A stretch of DNA of 32,000 bases from Rhodobacter capsulatus SB 1003 (GCF_000021865.1 NC_014034.1:2010001-2042000); one strand, 5' to 3'. Positions 1-10,204 are shown, counted from the first letter of the stretch. The notes: generated from the letters alone by a model not told the origin. Made by a program: numbers and translations.

Positions 1-200
1 CTGTCGCCGCAAGCCTTGCCTTTGCTGCAATGCTTGCAGCAGCCTGCATAAACGGCCTCGGGCGGCGTGGGGGTCAGAAGCGCGACCGCAGCCCGCGTGT
101 CTTTCAAGGACCCGGTCTCGGCGCCCCGATCATCGGCCATAACCGGAGAGCACAGAAAGATGCCAAACAATACCGCGGCGACAACAGATTTCATGTTCAT
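1..200 (-). CDS. Small secreted Cys-rich protein, N-terminal part only (runs off the window start)
   Basis: Not in the ORF track because there is no stop inside the window. The reverse strand from ATG 200-198 (alternative ATG 194-192) reads MNMKSVVAAVLFGIFLCSPVMA/DDRGAETGSLKDTRAAVALLTPTPPEAVYAGCCKHCSKGKACGDS and stays open to base 1. This is a Sec-type signal peptide followed by a Cys-rich tail. No good SD. Confidence 0.35.
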   Translation of the reverse strand, partial: MNMKSVVAAVLFGIFLCSPVMADDRGAETGSLKDTRAAVALLTPTPPEAVYAGCCKHCSKGKACGD

Positions 201-313
201 GGCGAGAATATCCGATCAACAAGATTAACCAAGGTTAACGCGCTGAACCGAGACTGTCACGCCGGAACTTCTGCGCTCTTGCTTTCCGAAACAACCGCCC
301 CTATTCCGCATCC

Positions 314-1870
314 ATGACCCAGCATCAGCGCCTTCTCATCATCGACTTCGGCTCGCAGGTGACCCAACTCATCGCCCGGCGCCTGCGCGAGCTTTCCATC
401 TACTGCGAAATCCACCCCTATCAGAAGGTGACCGACGCCTTCCTGGCGGATTTCGCCCCCAAGGCCATCATCTTCTCGGGCGGCCCGGATTCGGTCACCC
501 GGGAGGGTTCCCCCCGCCCGCCGAAATCCGCCTTCGCCCTGGGCGTGCCGATCCTTGGCATCTGCTACGGCCAGCAGGTGATGATGCAGGAACTGGGCGG
601 TCTTGTGGAAACCGGCCACGGCACCGCCGAATTCGGCCGCGCCTTCGTGACCCCCACGGACGAACGCCTGCCGATCCTGGACGGCTGGTTCGATGCCGGT
701 CCCGAACAGGTCTGGATGAGCCACGGCGATCACGTCTCGCGCATCGCCCCGGGCTTTGCGGTCTATGGCACCTCGCCCGGTGCGCCCTTTGCGATCACCG
801 CCGATGTGGCGCGCAACTTCTACGCCGTGCAATTCCACCCCGAGGTGCACCACACGCCCAAAGGCGCGAAGCTTTACGAAAACTTCGTGCGGCTGGCGGG
901 CTTCACCGGCGACTGGACGATGGCGTCTTACAAAGACGACGCCATTGCGAAAATCCGCGCGCAGGTGGGCGACAAGCGGGTGATCTGCGGCCTTTCGGGC
1001 GGCGTCGACAGCTCGGTTGCGGCCGTGCTCATCCATGAAGCCATCGGCGATCAGCTGACCTGCGTCTTCGTCGATCACGGTCTGATGCGGCTCAACGAGG
1101 CCGACGAGGTCGTCTCGATGTTCCGCGACAATTACAACATCCCGCTGATCCACGCCGACGAGGCCGATCTCTTCATCGGCGCGCTCGAGGGCGTTTCGGA
1201 CCCCGAGGTCAAGCGCAAGACCATCGGCAAGCTTTTCATCGACGTCTTCCAGCGCGAGGCGAACAAGATCGAGGGCGCCGAATTCCTCGCCCAGGGCACG
1301 CTTTACCCCGACGTGATCGAATCGGTCTCGTTCAGTGGCGGGCCTTCGGTGACGATCAAATCGCACCACAATGTCGGCGGCCTGCCGGAAAAGATGGGGC
1401 TGAAGCTGGTCGAACCCCTGCGCGAGCTTTTCAAGGACGAAGTCCGCGCCCTTGGCCGCGAGCTTGGCCTGCCGGAGAAATTCATCGGCCGCCATCCCTT
1501 CCCGGGCCCGGGTCTCGCCATCCGCTGCCCCGGCGAAATCACCCGGGAAAAACTCGACATCCTGCGCAAGGCCGATGCCGTCTATATCGACCAGATCCGC
1601 AAGCACGGGCTTTATGACGAAATCTGGCAGGCTTTCGTCGCGATCCTGCCGGTGAAGACGGTGGGCGTGATGGGCGACGGGCGGACCTATGATTACGCCT
1701 GTGCTTTGCGCGCGGTGACCTCGGTCGATGGCATGACGGCGGATTATTACCCGTTCAGCCATGACTTCCTGGGCGAGACCGCGACGCGGATCATCAATGA
1801 AGTCAAGGGCATCAACCGGGTGACCTATGACATCACCTCAAAGCCCCCGGGCACGATCGAATGGGAGTGA
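314..1870 (+). CDS. guaA: GMP synthase (glutamine-hydrolysing)
   Basis: 518 aa. N-terminal class I amidotransferase ([14 protein letters not shown]), ATP-pyrophosphatase P-loop SGGVDSS, and the typical GMP synthase C-terminus KPPGTIEWE. Confidence 0.97.
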   Translation: MTQHQRLLIIDFGSQVTQLIARRLRELSIYCEIHPYQKVTDAFLADFAPKAIIFSGGPDSVTREGSPRPPKSAFALGVPILGICYGQQVMMQELGGLVETGHGTAEFGRAFVTPTDERLPILDGWFDAGPEQVWMSHGDHVSRIAPGFAVYGTSPGAPFAITADVARNFYAVQFHPEVHHTPKGAKLYENFVRLAGFTGDWTMASYKDDAIAKIRAQVGDKRVICGLSGGVDSSVAAVLIHEAIGDQLTCVFVDHGLMRLNEADEVVSMFRDNYNIPLIHADEADLFIGALEGVSDPEVKRKTIGKLFIDVFQREANKIEGAEFLAQGTLYPDVIESVSFSGGPSVTIKSHHNVGGLPEKMGLKLVEPLRELFKDEVRALGRELGLPEKFIGRHPFPGPGLAIRCPGEITREKLDILRKADAVYIDQIRKHGLYDEIWQAFVAILPVKTVGVMGDGRTYDYACALRAVTSVDGMTADYYPFSHDFLGETATRIINEVKGINRVTYDITSKPPGTIEWE

Positions 1871-1891
1871 CCCGCAAGGGTCGCTTTTGCA

Positions 1892-1925
1892 AGGCCTGAC
1901 CGCCCGGCGCGGTCAGGCCTTTTTC
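1892..1925 (+). terminator. Intrinsic terminator after guaA (sits between convergent guaA and aroB)
   Basis: Perfect 12-bp stem AGGCCTGACCGC (1892-1903) / GCGGTCAGGCCT (1909-1920), 5-nt loop, then TTTTT. Confidence 0.7.
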
Positions 1926-1930
1926 ATGGC

Positions 1931-3037
1931 TTACCGCCGCGCCAGGGCCTCGGTCAGCAGGTCTTTCAGCACCTCACGCGGCACGTCCGAAGTGACAAAA
2001 GCCGCGCCGATCCCCCGCGCCAGAATGAAGCGCAGCTTGCCATCCAGCACTTTCTTGTCCTGGCCCATAAGCGCGATCAGCCCCTCGGCATCCGGCAATT
2101 CCCCCGGAATATCAGACAGTTCCACCTTCATCTTCATGTCGCGCAAATGCGCCCGCACACGGCTTGGCGCCTCTTGCGAACAAAGCCCCAGCCGTTGGCT
2201 CAGCTCAAACGCCAGCGCACAGCCGATCGCCACCCCCTCGCCATGCAGCAGCCGGTCGGAATAACCCGTCGCCGCCTCCAGCGCATGACAGAAGGTGTGA
2301 CCGAGATTCAGCAAAGCCCGGTCGCCCTCCTCGGTCTCGTCGCGCGCGACGATCTCGGCCTTCATCTCGACCGAGCGTTTCACCGCATATTGCCGCAAGG
2401 CCCGGTCGCCCGCCGCCATCGCCGGGCCGTTCGCCTCGAGCCAGTCGAAAAACGCCGCATCGCCCAGAAGCCCGTATTTCACCACCTCGCCATAACCGGC
2501 CAGAAAATCGCGCGGGGCGAGCGTATCGAGCAGCCCGATATCGGCCAGAACCAGCGAAGGCTGATGAAAGGCGCCGATCAGGTTCTTGCCCGCCGCGACA
2601 TTGATCCCGGTCTTGCCGCCGACCGAACTGTCGACCTGCGCCAGAAGCGTCGTCGGGATCTGCACGAAGCGCACGCCGCGCCGCAACACTGCCGCGGCAA
2701 AGCCCACCAGATCGCCGATCACGCCCCCGCCAAAGGCCACGACGATATCCTTGCGCTCGACCCTTTGCGCCAGAAGCCATTCGCAGACACGCTCGAAATG
2801 CGGCCAGCTTTTGGTTCCTTCGCCCGAGGGCAGCGTCATCGACACCATCTCGACATCGCCGAGGCCCGCCCGCAGCGCCTCCAGATGCAGCCCGGCCACG
2901 GTCGCGTCGGCCACCACCGCCACCTTGGGCTTGCGCAGCAAGGGCGCGATTTCCGCCCCGGCCCGCGCCAGAAGCCCGGCCCCGATCCGCACCTCATAGG
3001 CGCGCGCGCCCAGCTCCACCTTCACCACTTCGGTCAT
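1931..3037 (-). CDS. aroB: 3-dehydroquinate synthase
   Basis: 368 aa. Nucleotide-binding GGGVIGDLVGFAAA, metal-site context HGEGVAIG. Directly downstream of aroK. Confidence 0.95.
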   Translation of the reverse strand: MTEVVKVELGARAYEVRIGAGLLARAGAEIAPLLRKPKVAVVADATVAGLHLEALRAGLGDVEMVSMTLPSGEGTKSWPHFERVCEWLLAQRVERKDIVVAFGGGVIGDLVGFAAAVLRRGVRFVQIPTTLLAQVDSSVGGKTGINVAAGKNLIGAFHQPSLVLADIGLLDTLAPRDFLAGYGEVVKYGLLGDAAFFDWLEANGPAMAAGDRALRQYAVKRSVEMKAEIVARDETEEGDRALLNLGHTFCHALEAATGYSDRLLHGEGVAIGCALAFELSQRLGLCSQEAPSRVRAHLRDMKMKVELSDIPGELPDAEGLIALMGQDKKVLDGKLRFILARGIGAAFVTSDVPREVLKDLLTEALARR

Positions 3038-3601
3038 TCAATCCTCCGCGAACAGCCCCGGGTGGCCCCGAAGCGCTTCGATCACCTTTTGCGCCATCTG
3101 CTCGATCGACAGCCCCGGCTCGGCCTCCACCGCCAGCTGCGCCAGCGCATAGACGGGATAGCGCCGCTCGATCAGCTCGGCCAGCGTCGCCTTGGGATCG
3201 GCGGTGCGCAAAAGCGGCCGCGTCGTCTTGCCCTTGACCCGGGTCCAGAGCAGCTCCAGATCCGCCTGCAGCCAGACCGAGACCCCCAGCCGCGCGATCA
3301 TCGCCCGGTTCGCCTCTGACAAAAACGCCCCGCCGCCGGTCGAGACCACCCCGGGCGTGCCCGAGAGCAGCCGCTCGATCACCTCCGATTCGCGGGCGCG
3401 AAAGAACGGCTCGCCATCGCGTTCGAAGATCTCGGCAACCGAACGCTGCGCCGCCCTGACGATCTCCTCGTCGCTGTCGTGAAACGGCACCCGCAGCGCC
3501 CGCGCCAGCGCGGTGCCCACCGCGGTCTTGCCCGCGCCCATCATCCCCACCAGCACGATCGTCTTTTGCAGACGCGGGTGAACTTGGTCTTGCCCGGTCA
3601 C
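3038..3601 (-). CDS. aroK: Shikimate kinase
   Basis: 187 aa. Walker A GMMGAGKT. The stop abuts the aroB start (TGAATG on the coding strand). Confidence 0.95.
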   Translation of the reverse strand: MTGQDQVHPRLQKTIVLVGMMGAGKTAVGTALARALRVPFHDSDEEIVRAAQRSVAEIFERDGEPFFRARESEVIERLLSGTPGVVSTGGGAFLSEANRAMIARLGVSVWLQADLELLWTRVKGKTTRPLLRTADPKATLAELIERRYPVYALAQLAVEAEPGLSIEQMAQKVIEALRGHPGLFAED

Positions 3602-3792
3602 GCAGCCCTCCCCGGCCCGGCGCCCTGCGGCGCTTGCGCATTCGTGATCTTTGCGCCCTTCAATGGCGTGAACTTTGTCGAAATGCCATATATAATCTTG
3701 CCAGCGCGACGTTTCGGCGGCATCCCCGCAGCAAGTCAGGCCAAAGCCGGTGCAGACGGTCGCAAACGAGCATAAGACAAGAAAGCAAAATC

Positions 3793-5610
3793 ATGGGGCG
3801 CATGTTCAAGGCCATTCTCGTTCTTCTTCTGGCGGCGGTGCTGGGCACGCTCGGCTATGCCTATTTCGGCGAGATGACGGCCGATCCGGTCGAGATCCGC
3901 AGCCCCGTCGCCCTGCCCGATCTGGCCCCGGCCCCGGCTGTGACACCGGCTCCGGCCGCCCCTGCGGCCGCGTCCCCGGCCCCGCAGGCCCCCGCGCAAC
4001 CGGCCCCGGCGACCGAAGCTGCGGGGGCGGGCTTGACGATTGATCGCCGTCTGCTTCTGGCCCTGACGCTGGGTCTTTGGCCTGCCCCCCCGGCGCTGGC
4101 CGAGGCGCCGATGTCGGCGATCGACTGGCTTTCGACCTCGGTCAGCGGCGTGCCGCTGCGCCCGGGCGGCGGCTCGGTGGCGGTGCTGCCCCCCGTCGCG
4201 GGCGAGGCCCCGGTTTCGGGCGCGGGCATGGTGGAGCGCATCGGCGTCGCCTCGCTGGATTCGGCGCGCAATGCCGACAGTCTCGGGCTTTTGCCCGCCA
4301 GCCGTCTGGGCCTGCCGCGCGGGCTTTGGGGCGCGACGCCCGAGGTCGATCTGGCGGCGGCGCTGCGCAAGGAGCGGCTCGATACCCTGCCCGCGGTGCA
4401 GGGCTTCCTGCTTGAACTGATGCTCGCCGAGCTGGACCCGCCGATCACCCCGGCGCCCGAGGGGCAGAACGTGCTGTTTCTGGCCCGCATCGACCGGCTG
4501 CTGGATCTGGGCGCGCTGGATCAGGCGATGGCGCTTCTGGAACAGGCCGAGCCCTCGGATCCCGAGATCTTCCGGCGCCGCTTCGATGTTGCCCTGCTTC
4601 TGGGCGAGGAAGACCATGCCTGTGAAATCATGGAGAAAACCCCCGCCGTCGCGCCCTCTTATCCGGCGCGGATCTTCTGTCTGGCGCGGCGGTCGAAATG
4701 GGATGCGGCGATGCTGACGCTGGGCACCGGCCGGGCGCTTGGGCAGATCGACAGCGAGACCGCGCTGCTTCTGGAACGGTTTCTCGATGACGAGGGCGCC
4801 GATGGTGCCACCGATCTGCCGCCGCCCGCGCGGCCGACGCCGCTCAGCTTCCGGCTGATGGAGGCGATCGGCCAGCCGATGGCGACGACGACCCTGCCCG
4901 TCGCCTTTGCCCATTCCGACCTGCGCGCCAATGCCGGCTGGAAGACGCAGATCGAGGCGGCCGAGCGGCTTTCGCGCATGGGGGTGCTGGATCCAAACCA
5001 GCTGCTTGGGCTTTACACCCAGGACCGCGCTTCTGCCTCGGGCGGGGTGTGGGACCGGGTTTCCCTTGTTTCCCAACTGGATGCGGCCCTTTCTGCAAGT
5101 GATGTCGCGCGCGTCGAGCAGGTCCTGCCCGCCGCCTGGGATCTGATGCAGGCGCAGGAGCTGGAAACCGCTTTCGCCGCGATGTTCGCGCCGCGGCTGC
5201 TGGATCTGCCGCTGACCGGCGCGGCCAGACGGCTGGCGCTGCGGCTGGCGCTGCTGACGGGCGGCTTTGAAACCGTCGTGCAGACCCGGCCCGATGCCGC
5301 CGCCGAGGAGCCGCTTCTGAGCGCGCTGGCGCGTGGCGACACCGCGCCGGTCGAGGCGCAGGATCTTCTGGGCCTGACGGTGAAGCGGGTCTTCGACGCC
5401 CCGCCCGCCGCCGTGCCCGAAGCCTATGCGGGGCTCGTGCCCGACCGGCTGGGCGAGGCGCTGCTGGCGGCGGTCGATGACATTTCCGAAGGCGCCAAGG
5501 GCGATGCGCGGCGGCTTGAATCCGGTCTGACGCTGTTGCGCAAGGCCGGGTTCGAAAGTCTGGCGCGACGCACGGCCTTGCAGCTGATCATTCTGGAGCG
5601 GCGCGGATGA
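3793..5610 (+). CDS. Membrane-anchored protein with a Pro/Ala-rich linker and a large helical domain (function unknown)
   Basis: The track ORF begins at 3634. I place the start at ATG 3793 (MGRMFKAILVLLLAAVLGTLGYAYF, a TM anchor). Then comes a PAPAVTPAPAAPAAASPAPQAPAQPAPA linker and about 500 aa of Leu/Ala-rich sequence. The stop overlaps the xerD start (ATGA). Confidence 0.7.
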   Translation: MGRMFKAILVLLLAAVLGTLGYAYFGEMTADPVEIRSPVALPDLAPAPAVTPAPAAPAAASPAPQAPAQPAPATEAAGAGLTIDRRLLLALTLGLWPAPPALAEAPMSAIDWLSTSVSGVPLRPGGGSVAVLPPVAGEAPVSGAGMVERIGVASLDSARNADSLGLLPASRLGLPRGLWGATPEVDLAAALRKERLDTLPAVQGFLLELMLAELDPPITPAPEGQNVLFLARIDRLLDLGALDQAMALLEQAEPSDPEIFRRRFDVALLLGEEDHACEIMEKTPAVAPSYPARIFCLARRSKWDAAMLTLGTGRALGQIDSETALLLERFLDDEGADGATDLPPPARPTPLSFRLMEAIGQPMATTTLPVAFAHSDLRANAGWKTQIEAAERLSRMGVLDPNQLLGLYTQDRASASGGVWDRVSLVSQLDAALSASDVARVEQVLPAAWDLMQAQELETAFAAMFAPRLLDLPLTGAARRLALRLALLTGGFETVVQTRPDAAAEEPLLSALARGDTAPVEAQDLLGLTVKRVFDAPPAAVPEAYAGLVPDRLGEALLAAVDDISEGAKGDARRLESGLTLLRKAGFESLARRTALQLIILERRG

Positions 5611-6563
5611 TCCCGATGCTGCCGCGCGAAAGGATCGCCGTCTTCCTGGAGGCGCAGGCCGCCGAGGCCGGGGCGGCGCGCAACACCATTGCCGCCTATG
5701 GCCGCGATCTGAGCGATTTTCTGGACTTCACCACGGCGAAGGGCCTTGATCTGATCACGCTGGATCGCGCCGCGGTCGAGGACTGGCTGGTCCGGCTCGA
5801 GGCCGAGGGGCTGGCGAAAGCGACCCGGGCGCGCGCGGCTCTCGGCGGTGAAGCAATTCTACCCGCTTCGCCTATGACGAGGGCTGGCGGGCGGACAACC
5901 CCGACCCTGCAGATCTCGGGGCCGGGCAAGGCGCAGCGGCTGCCGAAAACGCTGAGCATCGAGGAGGTCGAGGCGCTTCTGGAGGCCGGGCGCGATCAGG
6001 GCCGCAGCCCGGCCGAGCAGATCCGCAACCGCTGCCTGATGGAGCTGCTTTACGCCACCGGCATGCGGGTGAGCGAGCTGGTCGGCCTGCCGGTGGCGGC
6101 GGCGCGCGGCAATCCGGCGATGCTGATGGTGCGCGGCAAGGGCGACAAGGAACGGATGGTGCCGCTCTCCGCCCCGGCGCGCGAGGCGCTGGCAGCCTGG
6201 CTCGCCACCCGTGACGCCGCCGAGGAGGCGGCGCGGATCGCCCGCCGTCTGCCGCCCTCGCGCTTTCTGTTCCCGTCCTCGGGCAAGGAGGGGCATCTGA
6301 CGCGGCAGGGATTTCATGCGCTTTTGAAGGATATCGCGCTGGCGGCGGGGCTCGACCCGGCGCGGGTGACGCCGCATGTGCTGCGCCATGCCTTTGCCAC
6401 GCATCTGCTGCAGGGCGGCGCCGATCTGCGGGTGATTCAGACGCTTCTGGGCCATGCCGATCTGTCCACCACCGAAATCTACACCCATGTGCTGGAGGAG
6501 CGGCTGAAGGATCTGGTGCTGGGCCATCACCCGCTGGCCCGCCGCGCCGATCCGCAAGCTTGA
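5607..6563 (+). CDS. xerD: Site-specific tyrosine recombinase XerD (with an internal scrambled segment, see findings)
   Basis: Catalytic domain motifs ATGMRVSELVGL, HVLRHAFATHLL, LLGHADLSTTEIYTHV. The N-terminal core-binding domain is present except for residues encoded by about 5835-5903. Confidence 0.9.
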   Translation: MIPMLPRERIAVFLEAQAAEAGAARNTIAAYGRDLSDFLDFTTAKGLDLITLDRAAVEDWLVRLEAEGLAKATRARAALGGEAILPASPMTRAGGRTTPTLQISGPGKAQRLPKTLSIEEVEALLEAGRDQGRSPAEQIRNRCLMELLYATGMRVSELVGLPVAAARGNPAMLMVRGKGDKERMVPLSAPAREALAAWLATRDAAEEAARIARRLPPSRFLFPSSGKEGHLTRQGFHALLKDIALAAGLDPARVTPHVLRHAFATHLLQGGADLRVIQTLLGHADLSTTEIYTHVLEERLKDLVLGHHPLARRADPQA

Positions 6564-6596
6564 TCCCGGCGCCGTAACGCGACATCATCCGCCATC

Positions 6597-7946
6597 ATGC
6601 CCGAAACCACCGTTCTTGCGACCCTTTCCGCCTTTGCCGACCGGCTTGACACCGGGTTCTGGCTCAATGCCGGGGCCATCGTCGTTCTGCTGATGCTCTC
6701 GGCTTTCTTTTCCGGCTCGGAGACCGCGCTGACGGCGGCCTCGCGCCCGAAGCTGCGCGCCCGCGCCGACCGGGGCGAAAAGGGCGCCGAAGCCGCGCTG
6801 AAGGTCACCGAGGACAGCGAGCGGCTGATCGGCGCGCTGCTTTTGGGCAACAATGTCGTCAACATCCTCTCGGCGGCGCTGGCGACGGCGCTTTTGACCC
6901 GGCTTTTCGGGCAATCCGGGGTGGCGGTCGCGACGCTGGTGATGACAGCTTTGGTGCTGATCTTTTCCGAGGTGCTGCCGAAGACCTGGGCGATCACCAA
7001 CCCCGAGACGGTGGCGGCGCGGGTGGCGCGGATCGTGCGGGTGCTGATCCGGCTGCTCAGCCCGATCGTGACGGTGGTGCGGATGATCGTGCGTGCGATC
7101 CTGTGGGTCTTCGGTCTGCGCACCGATGCGAACCAGAACATGTTCTCGATCCGCGAGGAAATCGCCGGGGCGCTGGCCATCGGCGCCTCCGAGGGGACGG
7201 TGGACAAGGCCGACCGCGACCGGCTTTTGGGGGCGCTCGATCTGGGCAATCGCACGGTGGCGGAAATCATGCGCCACCGCAGCCAGGTCGAGATGATCGA
7301 CGCCGAGGACGACCCGAACGAGGTTCTGGCGCAGGTTCTGGCCTCGCCGCACACCAGGTTGCCGCTTTACAAGGGCGAGCGGGAAAATGTGGTGGGCATC
7401 CTGCATGCCAAGGATCTGTTGCGCGCGGTCGAGCGGTTCTTGCGCAGCGGTGATGGCAAGCTCGATTCCGTCAGCGATCTTGACCTGATGAAAGTGGCGA
7501 TGAAGCCCTATTTCATCCCGGAAACGACGCCGCTGGATGAACAGATGCGGGAATTCCTGAAACGGCGCACCCATTTCGCGCTGGTCGTCGATGAATATGG
7601 CGATCTGAAGGGGCTTTTGACGCTGGAAGACATTCTGGAAGAGATCGTCGGCGAGATCACCGACGAATTCGACCCCCGCGCGGCGCGGCAGCTGAAACCG
7701 ACCGAGGCGGGCGATTATCTGGTCGATGGCGCGATGACGATCCGCGATCTGAACCGGGAAACCGACTGGGCGCTGCCCGACGACGAGGCGCATACGGTGG
7801 CGGGCCTCGTCATCCACGAGGCCCAGTCGATCCCCGAGGTCGGTCAGGTGTTTTCTTTTCACGGCTTCCGCTTCGAGGTCGCCGGGCGCAAGGACAACCG
7901 CATCAGCCAGCTGCGCATCCGCCCGCTCGAAGGTCTGCCGCGCTAG
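6597..7946 (+). CDS. CNNM/HlyC/CorC-family transporter-associated protein (DUF21 + CBS pair + CorC_HlyC)
   Basis: 449 aa. N-terminal multi-TM DUF21 region (FFSGSETALTAAS), central CBS pair, C-terminal CorC/HlyC domain (FRFEV...RISQLRI). Confidence 0.9.
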   Translation: MPETTVLATLSAFADRLDTGFWLNAGAIVVLLMLSAFFSGSETALTAASRPKLRARADRGEKGAEAALKVTEDSERLIGALLLGNNVVNILSAALATALLTRLFGQSGVAVATLVMTALVLIFSEVLPKTWAITNPETVAARVARIVRVLIRLLSPIVTVVRMIVRAILWVFGLRTDANQNMFSIREEIAGALAIGASEGTVDKADRDRLLGALDLGNRTVAEIMRHRSQVEMIDAEDDPNEVLAQVLASPHTRLPLYKGERENVVGILHAKDLLRAVERFLRSGDGKLDSVSDLDLMKVAMKPYFIPETTPLDEQMREFLKRRTHFALVVDEYGDLKGLLTLEDILEEIVGEITDEFDPRAARQLKPTEAGDYLVDGAMTIRDLNRETDWALPDDEAHTVAGLVIHEAQSIPEVGQVFSFHGFRFEVAGRKDNRISQLRIRPLEGLPR

Positions 7947-7949
7947 GCG

Positions 7950-8912
7950 TTACCGGCCCAGCTTCGCCAGCCGCGCCGCGCGCAGTTTCGCGAAATCATC
8001 GCCCGCGTGATAGCTCGACCGCGTCAGGGGCGTCGCCGAGACCATCAGGAAGCCCTTGCCATAGGCCGCCTTTTCGTAATCGGCGAATTCCTCGGGCGTG
8101 ACGAAGCGGGAAACGGCATGATGTTTCGGCGTCGGCTGCAGATACTGGCCGATGGTCAGGAAATCGATGTCGGCGGCGCGCATGTCATCCATCACCTGCA
8201 GCACGCCCTGCCGGTCCTCGCCCAGCCCGACCATGATGCCGGATTTGGTGAACATCGCCGGGTCAAGCTCCTTGACGCGTTGCAGCAGCCGCAAGGAATG
8301 GAAATAGCGCGCCCCGGGCCGCACGGTCGGGTAAAGGCCGGGCACGGTCTCGAGGTTGTGGTTGAACACGTCGGGCCGGGCTTCGACAACCTTTTCAAGC
8401 GCTTCCGGGCCACACTTGAGAAAGTCGGGGGTCAGCACCTCGATCGTCGTATCCGGCGCGCGGTGGCGCACGGCGCGGATCGTCTGGGCGAAATGCTCGG
8501 CCCCGCCATCGGTGAGATCGTCGCGATCGACCGAGGTGATGACCACATGTTTCAGACCGAGCGTCGCCACCGCATGCGCCACCCGGCCGGGCTCGAACGC
8601 ATCCAGCGCCTCGGGCTTGCCGGTGGCGACGTTGCAGAAGCTGCAGCCGCGGGTGCAGGTCTCGCCCATGATCATCATCGTGGCGTGGCCGTGGCTCCAG
8701 CATTCGCCGACATTGGGGCAGCCTGCTTCCTCGCAGACGGTGACAAGCTTGTTCGTCTTCAGCAGATCGCGGGTTTCCTTGTAGCCCTGCGAGGTCGGCG
8801 CCTTGACCTTGATCCAGCCCGGTTTCTTCGGCTGGGCATTGTCAGGGCGATGCGCCTTTTCCGGGTGGCGCAGAACGGGCGCCTTGTGGGCCGGGTCCTG
8901 GATGTCGGGCAT
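7950..8912 (-). CDS. lipA: Lipoyl synthase
   Basis: 320 aa. Auxiliary cluster motif [12 protein letters not shown] and radical-SAM [10 protein letters not shown]. Confidence 0.97.
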   Translation of the reverse strand: MPDIQDPAHKAPVLRHPEKAHRPDNAQPKKPGWIKVKAPTSQGYKETRDLLKTNKLVTVCEEAGCPNVGECWSHGHATMMIMGETCTRGCSFCNVATGKPEALDAFEPGRVAHAVATLGLKHVVITSVDRDDLTDGGAEHFAQTIRAVRHRAPDTTIEVLTPDFLKCGPEALEKVVEARPDVFNHNLETVPGLYPTVRPGARYFHSLRLLQRVKELDPAMFTKSGIMVGLGEDRQGVLQVMDDMRAADIDFLTIGQYLQPTPKHHAVSRFVTPEEFADYEKAAYGKGFLMVSATPLTRSSYHAGDDFAKLRAARLAKLGR

Positions 8913-8986
8913 CGGGCTTCCTTTCGCAGCGGGATTGCCCCCAGATAGGCCGAAAACCCGCCCGATGCAAATTGCCTGTGCCCCGC

Positions 8987-10135
8987 CTAGCCGATCAGCG
9001 GCGCGGCCCCGCCATAGGTTTCGTCATAATGGCGCTTGAGCCGCATCAGCGCGATGCGCAGCACGATCTTGCCCGAACGCGCCGACCAGCCCATGCGCTT
9101 TTCCGCCGTCTCGAGCCCTTCCAGAAAACAGCAGCACCGCAGCACCATGTCGCCCAGGCCCGGCCCGAGGTCGCAAAGCGCCGCCGCCACCCGTTCCCGG
9201 GCGCGGTCAGAGCCGCCCGGACCGCCATGGCCCAGCTCGGGCCGATACTGCCCGCGGGCGCCGCCGGTCATGAAGCGTTCCCAGTTCTGCGCCACCCGCG
9301 GCCCCATCTGCGCCAGTTCGAAATCCTCGCGCAGCCGTTCCCCCGCCGCCACCAGATCGGGCGAGAGGAACGGCCGCCCGTCGCTGTCGCGCCGCCGCGC
9401 CAGCACCCCAAGCGGGCTTTCGGCCAGGTTCATCCGCATCCGCGTCACCCGGCCCTGCCCCTCGTTCACCGTGCGCTCGCCCCAGTCGCGGTGACGGTCG
9501 GCATGCGGGTTGTCCGCCGCCGTCGCGGGGTCGCGTCCCGCGGTCAAGGCCTCCGCTTCCAACAGCCGCTTCAACGCCGCCCGCCCGGTGGCGGACAGCT
9601 CGTAGCTGGTCACCCGCCCGCTGTGCTGCACCAAGATCCAGCCGTTCAGCGCAAAGCCCTGCGCCACCTCGCGCGCCACCACCGCCGTGCGCACCGTGCC
9701 CCGCAACACCACCGCCTTTTCCATGTCGGGCGCGATGATCAGCAGCGCCCCCGGCTCCGCCAGCCGCCGCAGCACCCGCCGCCCCTCGCGCGAAAGCGTC
9801 GCGATATCCGGGCTGTCGGGGTCTTCGGCGGCTTCGGGGCAGGCTTGCGGCGCAGTCGGGCGGATCGGAGCGGTCATCGCAGGGTCATCCTCTCTGGGCG
9901 GGGCGGCAGATGCGGCGGCGGCAAAGCGGCCAAGCCGGGTCAGGGCTTCGTCAACAAGCGGATCGTCGCGGCGCTGCTCGATCCGGCGCACCCGGCGCAG
10001 GATGGTCGAGGCGTGACAGCCCTCCGCCCGCGCCAGCTGCCGGATCGGCACGCCCTCCTCGACGTGACGCAGATAAAGCCGTGCATGGTCGGGCAACCAG
10101 TCCGGCAGGCTCTCCCGATCTTGCATGGTCTTCAT
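8987..10135 (-). CDS. HTH + DUF6456 regulator, GafA-like architecture
   Basis: The track ORF starts at TTG 10189. ATG 10135 has the SD GGGAGA 6 nt upstream (ATG 10126 is also possible). N-terminal HTH ([24 protein letters not shown]), a Pro/Ala/Asp-rich linker, and a C-terminal region [20 protein letters not shown]...CCCFLEGLE...[13 protein letters not shown] that I recognise as DUF6456-type. Confidence 0.7.
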   Translation of the reverse strand: MKTMQDRESLPDWLPDHARLYLRHVEEGVPIRQLARAEGCHASTILRRVRRIEQRRDDPLVDEALTRLGRFAAAASAAPPREDDPAMTAPIRPTAPQACPEAAEDPDSPDIATLSREGRRVLRRLAEPGALLIIAPDMEKAVVLRGTVRTAVVAREVAQGFALNGWILVQHSGRVTSYELSATGRAALKRLLEAEALTAGRDPATAADNPHADRHRDWGERTVNEGQGRVTRMRMNLAESPLGVLARRRDSDGRPFLSPDLVAAGERLREDFELAQMGPRVAQNWERFMTGGARGQYRPELGHGGPGGSDRARERVAAALCDLGPGLGDMVLRCCCFLEGLETAEKRMGWSARSGKIVLRIALMRLKRHYDETYGGAAPLIG

Positions 10136-10204
10136 CTCCGGTCTCCCATCGACAGGCTGGCAGTCAGATAGCGCAAACGGCATCTGCAACCGTGGGTTGC
10201 TTTG

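Noticed and set aside
224-238. TTAACCAAGGTTAAC as a full CtrA box
   Set aside because: The TTAA repeats are separated by 6 nt, not the 7 nt of the consensus. It is kept only as a half-site observation.
30-317. 95-aa plus-strand ORF upstream of guaA
   Set aside because: It overlaps the better-supported minus-strand signal-peptide ORF in antisense. Its composition is Arg/Gly-rich and it has no SD.
257-1762. 501-aa minus-strand ORF opposite guaA. Similar long antisense ORFs occur at 2147-3319, 6585-7862, 8007-8948, 8972-10171, 10919-12496, 18774-20246, 22363-23769 and 23525-25651.
   Set aside because: Each lies opposite a gene with clear catalytic motifs. The translations are Arg/Gly/Pro/His-rich with no domain signatures. 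They are shadow ORFs.
3686-3700. ATATATAAT stretch near xerD considered as a dif site. It is also a perfect TATAAT -10 element.
   Set aside because: There is no match to the XerC/XerD binding arms flanking a 6-8 bp spacer, so it is not dif. As a promoter it has no convincing -35 at 16-18 nt (GTGAAC/TGAACT). It may still be the -10 for the 3793 gene, but support is weak.
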